A DNA stretch of 64,000 nt, taken from positions 1-64,000 of the forward strand of contig CATNEN010000008.1 of assembly GCA_950097015.1 (NCBI GenBank), written 5' to 3'. This DNA is from Macrostomum hystrix. Taxonomy: Eukaryota; Animalia; Platyhelminthes. The position numbers and the translations under genes were made by a program. How positions within the stretch are numbered: position 1 is the stretch's first letter; each line of letters opens with the position of its first letter. The notes beneath the pieces are model-generated. The model was not told where the DNA came from, searched no databases, and was given only the letters and a program-made list of their open reading frames with translations. Positions 1 to 12,700 of this stretch are shown piece after piece.

Positions 1-34
1 TGGCTGACAATTATCTGCGAATCAGCAGCGCTTG

Positions 35-1644
35 TCAAGGAAAGCTGAACCCGAAGGCTTCTACTTCACAGAGTGTCAGGCACTGTGACACATAGTTGAG
101 CACAGTTAACCTAGACCCGAATCTGCCGCAAGAAAAATTTCCAACTGTGAAAGGTTTGGTATCATTGCGCCCTCCACAGGTGACGTCGTCCAGCTGAATG
201 GTGAACGCGTTCAGCCTAGATCGGCAGCAGTCGTTTCGATTGTAGATTGTCAAATAGGACACAAACGATGGAGCGGAGAAGCTGGAGCTCCAGAACTCCT
301 GCCGACCAGGGGAGCAGCCGGTGTGCGAGCAGAATCCCAGAGAATAGTTTTGCTCTTTGTTGCCGTCGATTGCTAGCGAGCACGTGCGGCCCTCATGAAG
401 GGTGCTTTGTGAGCAGTTTTGAAACTGCAGCTGAACCATATCTGCAACAGTGCAGGTAGGACCATGCACCTGCACGCTGGTAATGTGAAACCCTGCTCTC
501 CTGCTTGTCTACATTACTAATTTACGAAGACAAACTTTCTTCATGGCTGTAAACATCAATAAAATGTACATTTGGGTGTCAACTTAATGCTCTAGAATGG
601 AGCCCGATCGTGGTCAACCCTCGAACCAAACCGACTGAAATCAGTAGCAGGTCAATCTGGTCGACTAGAAACGCCGAGACATCAAAGCCGGCTCCAGTTC
701 CAAAAATAACAGGCGCCTATGTAGTTATTATATGTAGTGTAAAACCATAGAAACACCTGAACCTTTTCATGTCTGCATTGTGTTTTCCTAATTACGTAGT
801 AACAGTATAAAGATCACAGGAGGGTGATCTCCCAAAATATTGAACTTATCACCATGACAATCCAGAACAAGGGCAACAATTTTCCGCTCTATCCGATGAA
901 ACAACTTCCAGAATCACAAAACATTGGCATCGTCGAGATATTCAATGATTCTTGTCGGGGTGTCTAGTGGCAAAAACCACCAGGAATCCTGACCCAGATA
1001 ATCCTGACCCAGATAATCCTGACCCAGATAATCCTGACCCAGATAATCCTGACCCAGATAATCCTGACCCAGATAATCCTGACCCAGATAATCCTGACCC
1101 AGATAATCCTGACCCAGATAATCCTGACCCAGATAATCCTGACCCAGATAATCCTGACCCAGATAATCCTGACCCAGATAATCCTGACCCAGATAATCCT
1201 GACCCAGATAATCCTGACCCAGATAATCCTGACCCAGATAATCCTGACCCAGATAATCCTGACCCAGATAATCCTGACCCAGATAATCCTGACCCAGATA
1301 TTCCTGACCCTTAGAAACAGCTTGGAAACAGTAAAACATAGTTTTAGAGGCTCACCCATCGGTCTGGTGAAGACCATCGAGCCGGGCTCGGAGGCGATCC
1401 AGCTGCCAAAGAACGAGTCGAAGTTGAAGAGGCGGCACAGCCGAGCAAGCCAGGAGAAGCCGAAACAGTCGCGCCGTCCGGCGCAGTCGCTGGCGCAGTC
1501 GATGGCGGAGGCGGCGCTTCGTGAGTAAAAGTGTGCCGGCGCAGCTGACCCGTTTGCGGTGGCGACCTTTTGAAACTGCGCCCGCCGCAGCTGGAGTCCG
1601 TGAGTCAGGGCCAGCAAGAGCAGCGTCAGGATGAGCAGCCGCAT
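35..1644 (-). CDS. Secreted PAN/apple + F-type (fucolectin) lectin, 2 exons (1644-1356, 441-35), ~231 aa
   Basis: Exon 1 has a signal peptide (MRLLILTLLLLALTHG) and a PAN-type Cys pattern (CASDCAGRRDCFGFSW..LCRLF), ending at ATG G|GTGAG. The phase-1 acceptor TGTTGCAG|AT at 441 gives an F-type domain with H-x28-R-x-D-x4-R (HTGC...RNDCCRSR). Confidence 0.85.
985..1310. repeat. 15-bp minisatellite AATCCTGACCCAGAT in the lectin intron
   Basis: About 21 near-identical copies; source of the GQDYL/NPDPD/WVRII pseudo-ORFs. Confidence 0.97.
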
Positions 1645-1959
1645 CGCTAGACTGCCAACTGATCAATCTGACGGAATATTTTTAGCCCTTTTTAGGAAAG
1701 CCAATCTCGAATTATTTTCAATTTCAATTTTTGCTGCCAAAAACGGCCCGCGACTAAATAAAAAAATTAAGAGCATGGGATCAAGGTTTTTAATCAAGCT
1801 AAAGTGACTTTCTAGAAATTGAAAAAATTCAAATATTCCACTTCGTGCTCGTTAACAGAAAAACTAGACCCAAACTCTTCGTTTTTGCTGCCCAGGTTTG
1901 CAATAAATGCTGAAGAAATCTATTTTGGACATTTGACTTATAAATCACTAAGACCTATC

Positions 1960-2286
1960 AGAGCTGTCTGAAGTGTTTGCCTCCCGCACCAAGGTCCCTT
2001 AGCTCGATTCCGCGGCGAGGCCACATTTATTTGTGGCTTGGGGTTTGTCGTGCAATTTACGTCCTAGAGTTCCAACCCTAAGGTACAGTGAGAGTGTACA
2101 CTGTCTGACGATGAGAAAGTCAGGGCAGATGTACACCTGAGTATGATGTGTTCCTGTGTACAGTATCTGTGTCAGTGTGTGCTCAGGAGTCAGCGGAATG
2201 GGCAGAATTGCCTCCTCGCTGGCTGCGGGTCTAGCATCACCAAATGATGAGTCATTGCCCGCAGCCCTCCTGAAATTATTATTATC
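1960..2286 (+). mobile_element. tRNA-derived SINE family A copy
   Basis: Same body and 3' end (CCAAATGATG..TTGCCCGCAGCCCTCCTG + (ATT)n) as copies at 11405, 13190, 23455 and 26200. Confidence 0.85.
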
Positions 2287-3716
2287 CTTACAATTACTTC
2301 AGTATTATATAATAAACTGAAAAATGTGCAAAATGTGAGTACATACGCAGGTGAAGCGCACACCGAATGGTCGACTCGGGACGAACTGAAAATGATCTCT
2401 TCAATTCGGCTGCATATAAAACTTCTAGGATTGATACACGACCTGCTTTTTTTCTATCTAGAGATGATGAGTCTGTCTGCTTTTAGCAGATGTGTCACTC
2501 AAAAGATGAAAGTTAGACCTGCCACTAAACCTCTCCAAGCCTGCTAGTTATAATAGATTGCTTAGTCGAGTGTAATTAGTTCACACAGTATCTACCATGG
2601 CAACCAAAGCACTCCTTATAAGACTTAGAAATCTGAAGGGAATTCAAGAGTTCGCGAGCAGAAATCTAAAAGCTAAAAATAGCAACAGCAGAGAGGGCAA
2701 ACAACCAAGGGGAGAGAGACTGGACAAAAAAACCCGCCCCGAAGTCACTTCATCATTTCAGCTCAGGCCGGGTCGGCATGGCAACAGCGGTGCGGACGTG
2801 GAACTGCCTGAGACCGGACCCGCAGCTGTACTGATGAGGCGCTGCCGGAATCAACCCGGCCTGTCCCTGCCTGCAGCTGCCGGCGTCGGCCCAGCCCAGC
2901 CCGCATTGGGAGCCGCCTGGGCCCGGCCGGGAACGAGAGCTGGAGAAGGACGGAACCGTACAAGAAAACGGGATCGATAAAAGGCGAAGGAATAACGAAC
3001 AATAGGAAAGAGATCTCAGTAGAGGGAGGAACGCATCCTAACTCAGCTAAGACATTTTAAGAATTTTACCCACCCTCCACAGGAGAGGGGTTGGTGTGCC
3101 TGCCAACCAACTAGTATAATGACTAATGACTGTAATAGACTAGAGGCCGCGACCTCAACCCGCATAAATTCTCTCGCCAGATGTTGCTACGGTATTGCCT
3201 CCCCTCGCATCGAGGGGTTTTAAAGATAATATATATATCGGTGCGGAGCGCGGGAAAAGATCCGCCGCTCCAGTTAGTTATAGACTCACTTTGAGCTCCG
3301 TTTAGATAAACTAGAAAATCATTGTGTTTGCGTTCTTTCTTAAGTAGAATCCGTGACAACGGTCTAGAGAGATCACTACGACCAGCCGAAATACTGAGCA
3401 TCGATAGTCGTTAGGAGTTATAGCCTTCAAGACTTTTAGACTGCAATAAACCGCTAGACAAACTATAGGAAAACTACAAGTGAAGAAGAAGAGACATAAA
3501 ACTTGAAGCGCTATACTCCTCACACAGCTGTTGATTGCGAGTACCGTCGACTAAATTTCAACGCCTGTTCTCTCATGTTGTTTTAAAAAATTCTACCACA
3601 GATTCAAAGCACTTTTGAATCTTCCTTTTCCATTTCACTTTTTACAAAAAATTCTCGATGTGAAAGCGATGAGAACAACTAAAATGCTTAGCGTGTCTTT
3701 TGAGTTCTATCACGAA

Positions 3717-5048
3717 AAGCTGTTGAGTATCAAGGAAGGCTGTTGAGTATCAAGGGAGGCTGTTGAGTATCAAGGGAAACTGTTGAGTATTAAGTGATGC
3801 TGTTGAGTATCAAGGGAGGCTGTTGAGTATTAAGTGATGCTGTTGAGTATCAAGGGAGGCTGTTGAGTATCAAGGGAGACTGTTGAGTATTAAGTGATGC
3901 TGTTGAGTATCAAGGGAGGCTGTTGAGTAATAAGTGAAGCTGTTGAGTATTAAGTGAAGCTGTTGAGCATCAAGGGATGCTGTTGAGTATCAAGGGATGC
4001 TGTTGAGTATCAAGGGAAGGCTGTTAAGTATCAAGGAAGGCTGTTGAGTATCAAGGGAGGCTGTTGAGTATCAAGGGATGCTGTTGAGTATCAAGGGAGG
4101 CTGTTGAGTATCAAGGAAGGCTGTTGAGTATCAAGGGATGCTGTTGAGTATCAAGGAAGGCTGTTGAGTATCAAGGGATGCTGTTGAGTATCAAGGGATG
4201 CTGTTGAGTATCAAGGGATGCTGTTGAGTATCATGGAAGGCTGTTGAGTATCAAGGGAGGCTGTTGAGTATCAAGGGAGGCTGTTAAGTGTCAAGGGATG
4301 CTATTGAGTATTAAGTGAAGCTTTTGAGTATCAAGGGATGCTGTTGAGTATCAAGGCAGGCTGTTGGGTATCAAGGGAGGCTGGTGAGTATCATGGAAGG
4401 CTGTTGAGTATCAAGGGATGCTGTTAAGTATCAAGGGATTCTGTTGAGTATCAAGGGATGCTGTCGAGTGTCAAGGGATGCTGTTGAGTATTAAGTGAAG
4501 CTTTTGAGTATCAAGGGATGCTGTTGAGTATCAAGGCAGGCTGTTGGGTATCAAGGGAGGCTGCTGAGTATTAAGGGAGGCTGTTGAGTATCAAGGGATG
4601 CTGTTAAGTGTCAAGGGATGCTGTTGAGTATTAAGTGAAGCTTTTGAGTATCAAGGGAGGCTGTTGAGTATCAAGGAAGGCTGTTGAGTATCAAGGAAGG
4701 CTGTTGAGTATCAAGGAAGGCTGTTGAGTATCAAGGGATGCTGTCGAGTGTCAAGGGATGCTGTTGAGTATTAAGTGAAGCTTTTGAGTATCAAGGGATG
4801 CTGTTTAGTATCAATGGAGGCTGTTTATCATCAAGGGATGCTGTTGAGTATCAAGGGAGGCTGTTGAGTATCAAGGGAGGCTGTTGAGTATTAAGTGAAG
4901 CTGTTGAGTATTAAGTGAAGCTGTTGAGTATTAAGTGAAGCTGTTGAGTATTAAGTGAAGCTGTTGAGTATTAAGTGAAGCTGTTGAGTATTAAGTTAAG
5001 CTGTTGAGTATTAAGTGAAGCTGTTGAGTATTAAGTGAAGCTGTTAAG
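3717..5048. repeat. 20-bp minisatellite CTGTTGAGTATCAAGGGAGG
   Basis: About 65 copies with variants (TTAAGTGAAG, TCAAGGAAGG). Confidence 0.97.
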
Positions 5049-5247
5049 CGCCAAGACAGCTCTTGATAGAATTAACAACCTGGCCAGATGTTTAAAAACA
5101 CAGCCTATAGATTTAAAAGTTGACTTAGTGGTACTGTTTCTATTTTATAAAGTTTAAGTGCCGTATTTATAGTTTGAGTGTTGCGGTTATTCTTGACTTT
5201 AACTAGCGGTTATGCGCTTAGTTCGACCTGAATCGCAGAACACGCAA

Positions 5248-5663
5248 TCAGTTTAGAGAGGCCAGTCCAAACACTTCGATCTCACAGATGCACAGACAGG
5301 CGCCCGGGTTATTGAGCACAGTCAACTGTCTGCCAAAACTGTTGCAGCTGAAGTTGCCAATTGAAAATGAGTAGGTCTCGTTTCGCGCGTGACAGGTGAC
5401 CCCGTCGAGTTGAATCTCGAACACGTTTAACCGGTTGGAGCAGCAGTCCATCCGGTGGTAGATGGTGACGTACTGTACCAGTGCCGCAGTTGGTAGGCTG
5501 GCTGTCCACCAGTCACGCCTGTTGATCTGACAGCCGGTGTGGGCACAGGAGCCCGCGAAATAGTCCTGCTGCGTGTCACCGTCGATAGCTTTGGTACAGT
5601 TCGACATCAACGGGTCGTACGATGTACTCTGGGAACAGTCTAGCAGCGTTAGCCTCTGGCTGA
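5248..5663 (-). CDS. F-type lectin terminal exon (paralog of 441-35); 5' exon not identified
   Basis: Phase-1 acceptor CTACTGCCCCTAG|TC at 5663; SQRLTLLDCSQS..CTKAIDG..HTGC..YHRMDCCSNRLN..LCICEIEVFG, stop at 5248. Confidence 0.8.
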
Positions 5664-5785
5664 CTAGGGGCAGTAGGACAGCAAGAACGATTAAGTCATT
5701 ACAAATATGTTTCTTGTTAACAGTAGTGGGATCAATGCTATTTTCCCCTGACCACGGGGGTATTTCAATACCCCGAGCCTAATTA

Positions 5786-6088
5786 ACGATAGCTCCCAAA
5801 CCAAATGACCGATTTTCGTGAAATTCCACCATATGGATCTAAATTTTCCACTGAGTATCTATCAAAAAATCGCTATTAAAGTCGAACACGCAGACAAACT
5901 TTTTTCCTCTCTATCCGATGGAAAAACTTCTACGAGAATCACAAAGCATAGGAATTAAGTCTCGGCGTCAAGAGACATACAAGAGCAAAGAGGCTTTGAA
6001 AGTCAGTTCATCGAAGGGACGGAAAATTTAGATCAATCTGGTGGACTTTCATAAAAATCGGTGTGAAAATCGGTTTGGGAGCTATCGT
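5786..6088. mobile_element. MITE-like element with ~60-bp imperfect terminal inverted repeats
   Basis: CGATAGCTCCCAAACC..GATCTAAATTTTCC at 5786 mirrors GGAAAATTTAGATC..GGTTTGGGAGCTATCG ending 6087. The internal CTCTATCCGATG(A/G)AA motif also occurs at ~887 and ~7112. Confidence 0.7.
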
Positions 6089-6779
6089 GAAGTAGGCAGC
6101 GAGTATTTGTGTTATGTATTGAAGACCACTCGTTGAGGTTTCAGATCGTCTTAAAGCGAGATGCACATATTGCTAGAAGGGGGGCTCTGCTCATGTTGTA
6201 TTCTGCGCGTAGCTCTTTCGATTGAATGTTTCGGTTGCTGGCATTGTGGGATCACGAATACGCGTAATGCTCTACCTGACTTAGCTTAAAGAATCACCTG
6301 CTCGAAGCTACCATTTGCTCGACCTTCTTTAATATCCATATTGGCTGCAGACATTGAGTGAGTGGCACTCAGTGATTGCCTTTCTTATTTCGTAAAAATT
6401 GTTTTTCGACCTTGAGACAAGCATGAATGCTTTTACTTAAATAGGAATGTCTAAGAATAGACGTGCCTGAATAACAATTACCTTAAAAATGTTAAAAGGG
6501 GATTTGTTTACGTACAGTGTTATACACCAGTTAAGATTCAGTTGAAAAAAAAATATATAATTGCTCGTACAATTGATTTTTCGGGCGAAAGTCTGTCGTC
6601 AATGCTAAAAAAGCTTACTTTAACAGTTCGAATCGAAAATGGTGAACTTCTAAACAAGCTAGGGACCAATAACTAAGGATTAACTAAGACGTCAAACCTA
6701 TGACTAATTGGGACTCAACTATCGAGGAAATCCATGGTAAAAATACTCCTTGTCATGCCACATTTATCTCCTGGTAGAT

Positions 6780-9700
6780 TTAATGCCGCTTAAAGTGTCT
6801 CAAGCGATTCAGATTGGTCTTCAACAGGTTGATGTCGCGAGACAGAGTAGACAGGTCGAGCGCGACAACCAGGACGCAGAAGACCACCACGATCATGATG
6901 ACGACGGCGCCAACACTGCTGGCACTGCCGGCCTCCTTAGCAGGTGGCACAAAGTGCTTCTGATTGCCCGACAACTGCAGGGCTTCGGATTTCTCTGTTG
7001 AGTGCGCATTTTGGGGATTTCTGTGAGATTCCTAGTGGCTATTAATTAGCCATTCAAGCAATTTATAAAGGTTCCAAATTGAAAATCCAACACACGGGCT
7101 AAAATTTTACGCTCTATCCGATGAAAAAAAATGTTTAATGAAAAAACATTGTCAGGGTGTCTTGTGGCAAAAACTATCAATATAGCTATAACTTTTCTGC
7201 TCACAAAATTTTATTCTACAACCACGCCGACTATCATTAATGACTATTAATGACTATGAAATAAAAAATTTTTCTTAATTTTTGAACCAATATGGTTTTG
7301 CCATAGAGGTTCATACAGAGCAGTGTTACTTGTCCTTGTCACCAGGGTCTTCAACAAGAATCGCTGAATATCTCGACGATGCTATCGTCGGACGGTTTTC
7401 AAATTTAGTGAATCGATAGTGCGAAACTGCAAACTCACTGATGCACCATGGCAGATCGCTGGCGTTCCACAGGCCGTTTTTCTTGCATAAGAGCACCGGC
7501 TGGCCCACGCCAGTGTCGCTGCCATTCTCGCACGTAAAGCTAATCTCCGTAGCGTAGGGATAAGTCTCGGGAATATTCACCTGATTGGCTGGAACTTGAC
7601 ACTACGGTGCCGTTCTTGTACTTCACTGTGGCGTTCGCCGTGTACAGCGCGCTTCTGACAATCGCGTTTGCGTCCGCAGTCCGCCTGATGATGCTGTCGG
7701 AGAGGCAGCTGACGGCTGGTCGATGGGTGAGAAGGAAATCGTGGATGTGGATGAATTGGAGGCTTGTTGTGCAATATAACTACACTTGACCATAGACAAA
7801 AAACCAATCAAGTGGAGAATTCCAGGCTGCAATTCCCTATGGCCATAGACTATAACGAATCAAGCTAGGCCGTTAAACGCTCTTCTCTCAAGCTTAAAGT
7901 CAATAAAGTAGAGGATTTCAACAGAACGTGCATTCTAAACACAAATGCCTGCAGCAACCTCTCACGCAGATCGCCAGCGTTTGATTGATGCCATCGAAAA
8001 CGGGAACTCGCTTTAAAACGTTCAAGTCTCAATTGTTTTTTCTAACCTTTGGTAGATTTTTTTACTGGAATTCTCTACTTGGTTGGCTTTTAATCAACTC
8101 GATTGGCTTTTTTGTCGATGGTCGAGTGTAATTCACGGCAGTGGCTGCTACTGCTGTGAATGGAGATTTTCAACGTTATTTACGTTATCCTCGACTTCGC
8201 TGACAAGTGCGATATAAGTCAAAAACAGGTATTTAAATATTGAGTCGAATTTGAGTCATATTTAAAATAACGATTTTGATGCTATAAATAGCCCGATAAA
8301 ACCACGCGAAAAAACACTCTATTACAAAAGAGTCTATCACGAGCACTCCGCATGCCAATGGCACGAAAAATATGACCTTGGCGCTAAAAATATCTGCAAT
8401 AGGTTAGTGTTAAACTGACATATTGTGCTAACTCACGAATGCATTTCAGAGTCTTGAGTCGCTGTAAATCCGTGCCCTGAGCGCCGTACCACTGTGCGGT
8501 TATGAGGCTGCCATTAGCCAGGTCGCACCTCAGTAGCTTGTCGAATTGTCGATCTTCAAAAAAGTTGCCCTCCGGATGGCACTGAACGTAAACCAAGTTA
8601 GGGAAGAAGGGATAGCTGGACTTTTGAAACTCGCCGTAGCTCTTCTGATCGTCCCGGTTCTCGGCTTTGTAAGCTACGGCATGGCTGCTGATCACTGTGC
8701 TGACGTCATCGCACATCACCGCTTCAAAGTTTAAGTTTTAGAACGGATAAATATAGATAAACCAGTTGGGCCGGATGTACAACCAGTAAACGCAGCGGCA
8801 GATATTTCATTGTGCTTTCCAAGACTGTGTACAATAGTTCAGTCCCTGAAATTAAATTTCTTGCTCAAGGACACTTGGGCTGATCGGTTCTCGGGCTGAT
8901 GGGCTGAGATTCGAACTTCTGACCTCTCAACTTCCCCTTCAGGCTCCCTTTGTAACCCTGTAGCCCAGTAGTCTTAAAGACGATCCCTTACTGCGAAGAC
9001 TTCATTTAGAACGAAACAAAATGATTGAACATCGATAAGACCAGTCACAATCACAGACCAATGGGTCATTTAGTGTATTTTTTTACACAAACTTTCACAC
9101 CTCAACAGTGAGGCGTTTCGGAGGCAATAAACTCGCTCACACCCTTAACTATGTGGGCAACTCTTTGTTGAGATTATGTCATGATAAAGTTTTTATTTCT
9201 CGTATTTTGAGCCTTTGCCCTCGCACCCTGCCTGAAGTAATTATCTCTCACCCCTTCTCTCATGATTGGTTGGCCCCTCCCTATGCTCTCACCCACCCCC
9301 CCGCTGCCACCCTTACGCTGTGCGTACGAGTATTTCATTAACAGTAGGACTACACCTTTTTGCGTTCAATTTCAACAAAGCAGAAGTTCAATTTAGACAA
9401 TTCGAAATTCAAATTCGACACTCTATTTTTAGTTTCCAACTCGACCTTTCAATTTAGACAACCTGCAACCAAATTCGCCAGTGCATATTCAATTTAGACA
9501 CTTCCCGAAAGACACTGTCAATGTCTATGGTAAAAAGCGACCACGGGGCTAAAATTCCATTCAAATTAGACAAACTGCAGTCAATTTCGACCATAGAAAT
9601 TGACCCCAAGCCGTTTTGCCGCCCGTTTTTATACCCAGGGGGGGATTTCCTTCAGTTGAATGAAGTCCAGAAATCATTTTCCTTTACAGTCTCAATCTCG

Positions 9701-12700
9701 GTTTTCAATCTTACCATAGACAATAAACTGAGTACATGTATCTTACAGAATGTACATTAGTCTCTCCAATTCTCTCTCCGAAAGTCAGAAGCAGAGGCGA
9801 CAGGAAAGCAAGGGTCTGAAGCTGAGCGTGTCTAAATTGAATATGCGCTTTGCCTCAGAACTAGAATTTTACCATAGACAAATCGCTCTCAATGAGGAAG
9901 TGTTTAAATTGAATATCCCCTGTCTAAATCGAATATCTGCTGTTTAAATTGAAGTCAGCTTTGTCTAATTTGAACGTCCAACTGAAGGTATAAAAATAGA
10001 GTGTCGAAAATGAATGTCAAGTTGTCTAAATTGCAGCGCAGATTTGTTGAAATTGAACGGGAAAAGGTGTAACATAAAAGCAACAAACTAACACAATAAA
10101 CCCAAGTCAATTGGGTTCATGATTTAGTAATTATAGTAATAATAATTAGTAATACATATTAGTAATTATTTAATAATTCAGGTCTGCAAAGACTCACCTT
10201 TGCAGATACTGAGATCAGTTGGGTACCATTCACCCTGGGTTGGATCGATGAAGCTCTGCACGCAGGTGATTTCGCTGGTGGTGCTGTTCACATTATTAAC
10301 CGACACGTAGCCGCGCGAGCAGTTGACGCTGAAGCTCTGCGAATAGTTGTAGAACTCGAAAACTAGCGAGCTGGCGTACGGCTTCACGTGCGGAATGGGC
10401 GTGTCCACCTTCAGCACAGTCGAGTTGCAGCGGATGGCTGCAGACCGTAATCAACGAGCTCTTTTTAGTACAAAATTTACAAAAATGACAATGCCTTCAC
10501 TTTTCTGAATATAGACTTGGACTTAAAAAGTACTAGTTTTATTGAACTGTTAATTCTTCCTACTTTCAATCCAAGTAGTTCTAACTAATTAAGTCCTATT
10601 CTAACTAATATTTAGACTAATATTATATATTCAGACCAATAACAATACTGGGGTATTGGCCAATACCAACTCCAAGTCATTCAGTAGGCTGGCCAATACC
10701 ATCTTCTAGACATTCAGTAGGCTGGCCAATACCAACTCCCAGACATTCAGTAGGCTGGCCAATACCATCTTCTAGACATTCAGTAGGCTGGCCAATACCA
10801 ACTCCCAGACATTCAGTAGGCTGGCCAATACCATCTTCTAGACATTCAGTAGGCTGGCCAATACCAACTCCCAGACATTCAGTAGGCTGGCCAATACCAT
10901 CTTCTAGACATTCAGTAGGCTGGCCAATGAATTTTGCTGTTAGCTAATGAAAGCATTAACAATTAACATTGGCTGGCCAATGAATTGTGTAGTCAGAGCT
11001 GATGAACCAGAGCAAATTCGAGCTCACGATAGCACTGCTGAATCTGTCCGTAGGCGAAGGTGCCGTTTGCCAGGCAGAATGCCTGGTTCGGCATCAGGCC
11101 CTCCGCTGTCGGGGTCGCCGCCACAGCTGTCAGCTTCTTCACCGGACTGTCGCTGTCGCGAAAGAAACCGGGCCGACAGGGAACCTCCGACAGTAGGCCG
11201 TGATGCGGCAGGTTTTGAAACACGCGGCCGTAGCTCACGTTCGTTAGCGCCATGGTCAGCAGGTTCAGGCCTTGGATCTGGGAGATGGAGCACTTGATGG
11301 CTGAAAGATTGTGCAGAAATGTTCATTGATTTGCATTCAGCTCAAACATTTCTAAACACTTGCAAATTATTATTAATCCGCATGTTGTCAAGCTGCGTCT
11401 TAGGATTGCAGGAGGGCTGCGGGCAATGGCACATCATTTGGTGACACTAGACACGCAGCTAGCGAAGAGGCAATTCTGCCCATTCCGCTGACTCCTGAGC
11501 ACACACGCACCCAGGTTTTTACGTCTGCCCTGACTATCTAATCGTAAGACAGAGCACACTCTCACTGTGCCTTGGAGGTTGGCCCTCATGGGCGTAAATT
11601 GCACCGACAAAAGCCTTCTCTCCGCTGCTGAGCCCACCATTTAAAATGAGGCGTCGCCGCGGAATCGAGCTCAGGGACTTTGAGTACAGTGAGTACCCGT
11701 GCTCACCACTTGTTAATACACGTGCTCACCACTTGTTAATACACGTGCTCACCACTTGTTAATACACGTGCTCACTACTTGATAATATCTGTGCTCATTA
11801 CTTGATAATATCTGTGCTCACTACTTGATAATATCTGTGCTCATTACTTGATAATATCTGTGCTCATTACTTGATAATATCTGTGCTCATTACTTGATAA
11901 TATCTGTGCTCACTACTTCATAATATATGTGCTCACTACTTGATAATATCTGTGCTCACTACTTGATAATATCTGTGCTCACTACTTGATAATATCTGTG
12001 CTCACTACTTGATAATATCTGTGCTCACTACTTGATAATATCTGTGCTCACTACTTGATAATATCTGTGCTCACTACTTGATAATATCCGTGCTCACTAC
12101 TTGATAATATCTGTGCTCATTACTTGATAATATCTGTGCTCACTACTTGTTAATTCCTGTGCTCACCATTTGTGAACAGTAAGTGTCGCACGTTGTTGCG
12201 TCGTGGAAAGATAATTCTCACCTTCCCTCTCGCACATGACAGTGTAATTGTTGGTGCATTTCTCAGCTCGCAGGCCGGAGCTCGGCATCCAGTGGCCATT
12301 CGACGATGTTAGACTGACGTCGATGATCAGGCGACTGCAGGTACGATCGGTGACGGAACTGGACGGCCGACCGCCGGCGGACCAGAACTGATCCGCTACA
12401 CTGGCGTTGCTCGATTCCCAGATCCATCGACTGCCTGTTGGTAGGGCCAGTTGACAATCTCAGCTGAGCTGTCTACAATGATTCTGAAGTGGGACCCTGA
12501 GAATGAAGATTCTCCAGTGGCTTCAGACCTAGCTGGGGCCTAGCGGGTCTAAGGGGATTAGGAATAAAAAGACGCATGCAGGTAAACTAAATAGCTTTCA
12601 CTAGCACTGTACTCAATATCTGCGCGCGTAAGCGAATCGTCATAGACCAGGACCTTACACACGTAAGTTCCTTACTGAAGCCAAAAGAAGTTAGAGAATC

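Noticed and set aside
914-1339. Repetitive ORFs (GQDYL, NPDPD, WVRII)
   Set aside because: These are translations of an intronic 15-bp array; the real exon ends at the GT donor at 1355.
2822-2880. Hammerhead-ribozyme-like CTGATGA with a 9-bp stem I and short stem II
   Set aside because: The core reads GGAAT instead of GAAA, and there is no stem III or NUH triplet at the required position.
2597-3523. GC-rich island with ORFs, including a GPCR-like VVISLDRC peptide
   Set aside because: Short, no splice support and no further TM pattern; probably an unclassified repeat fragment.
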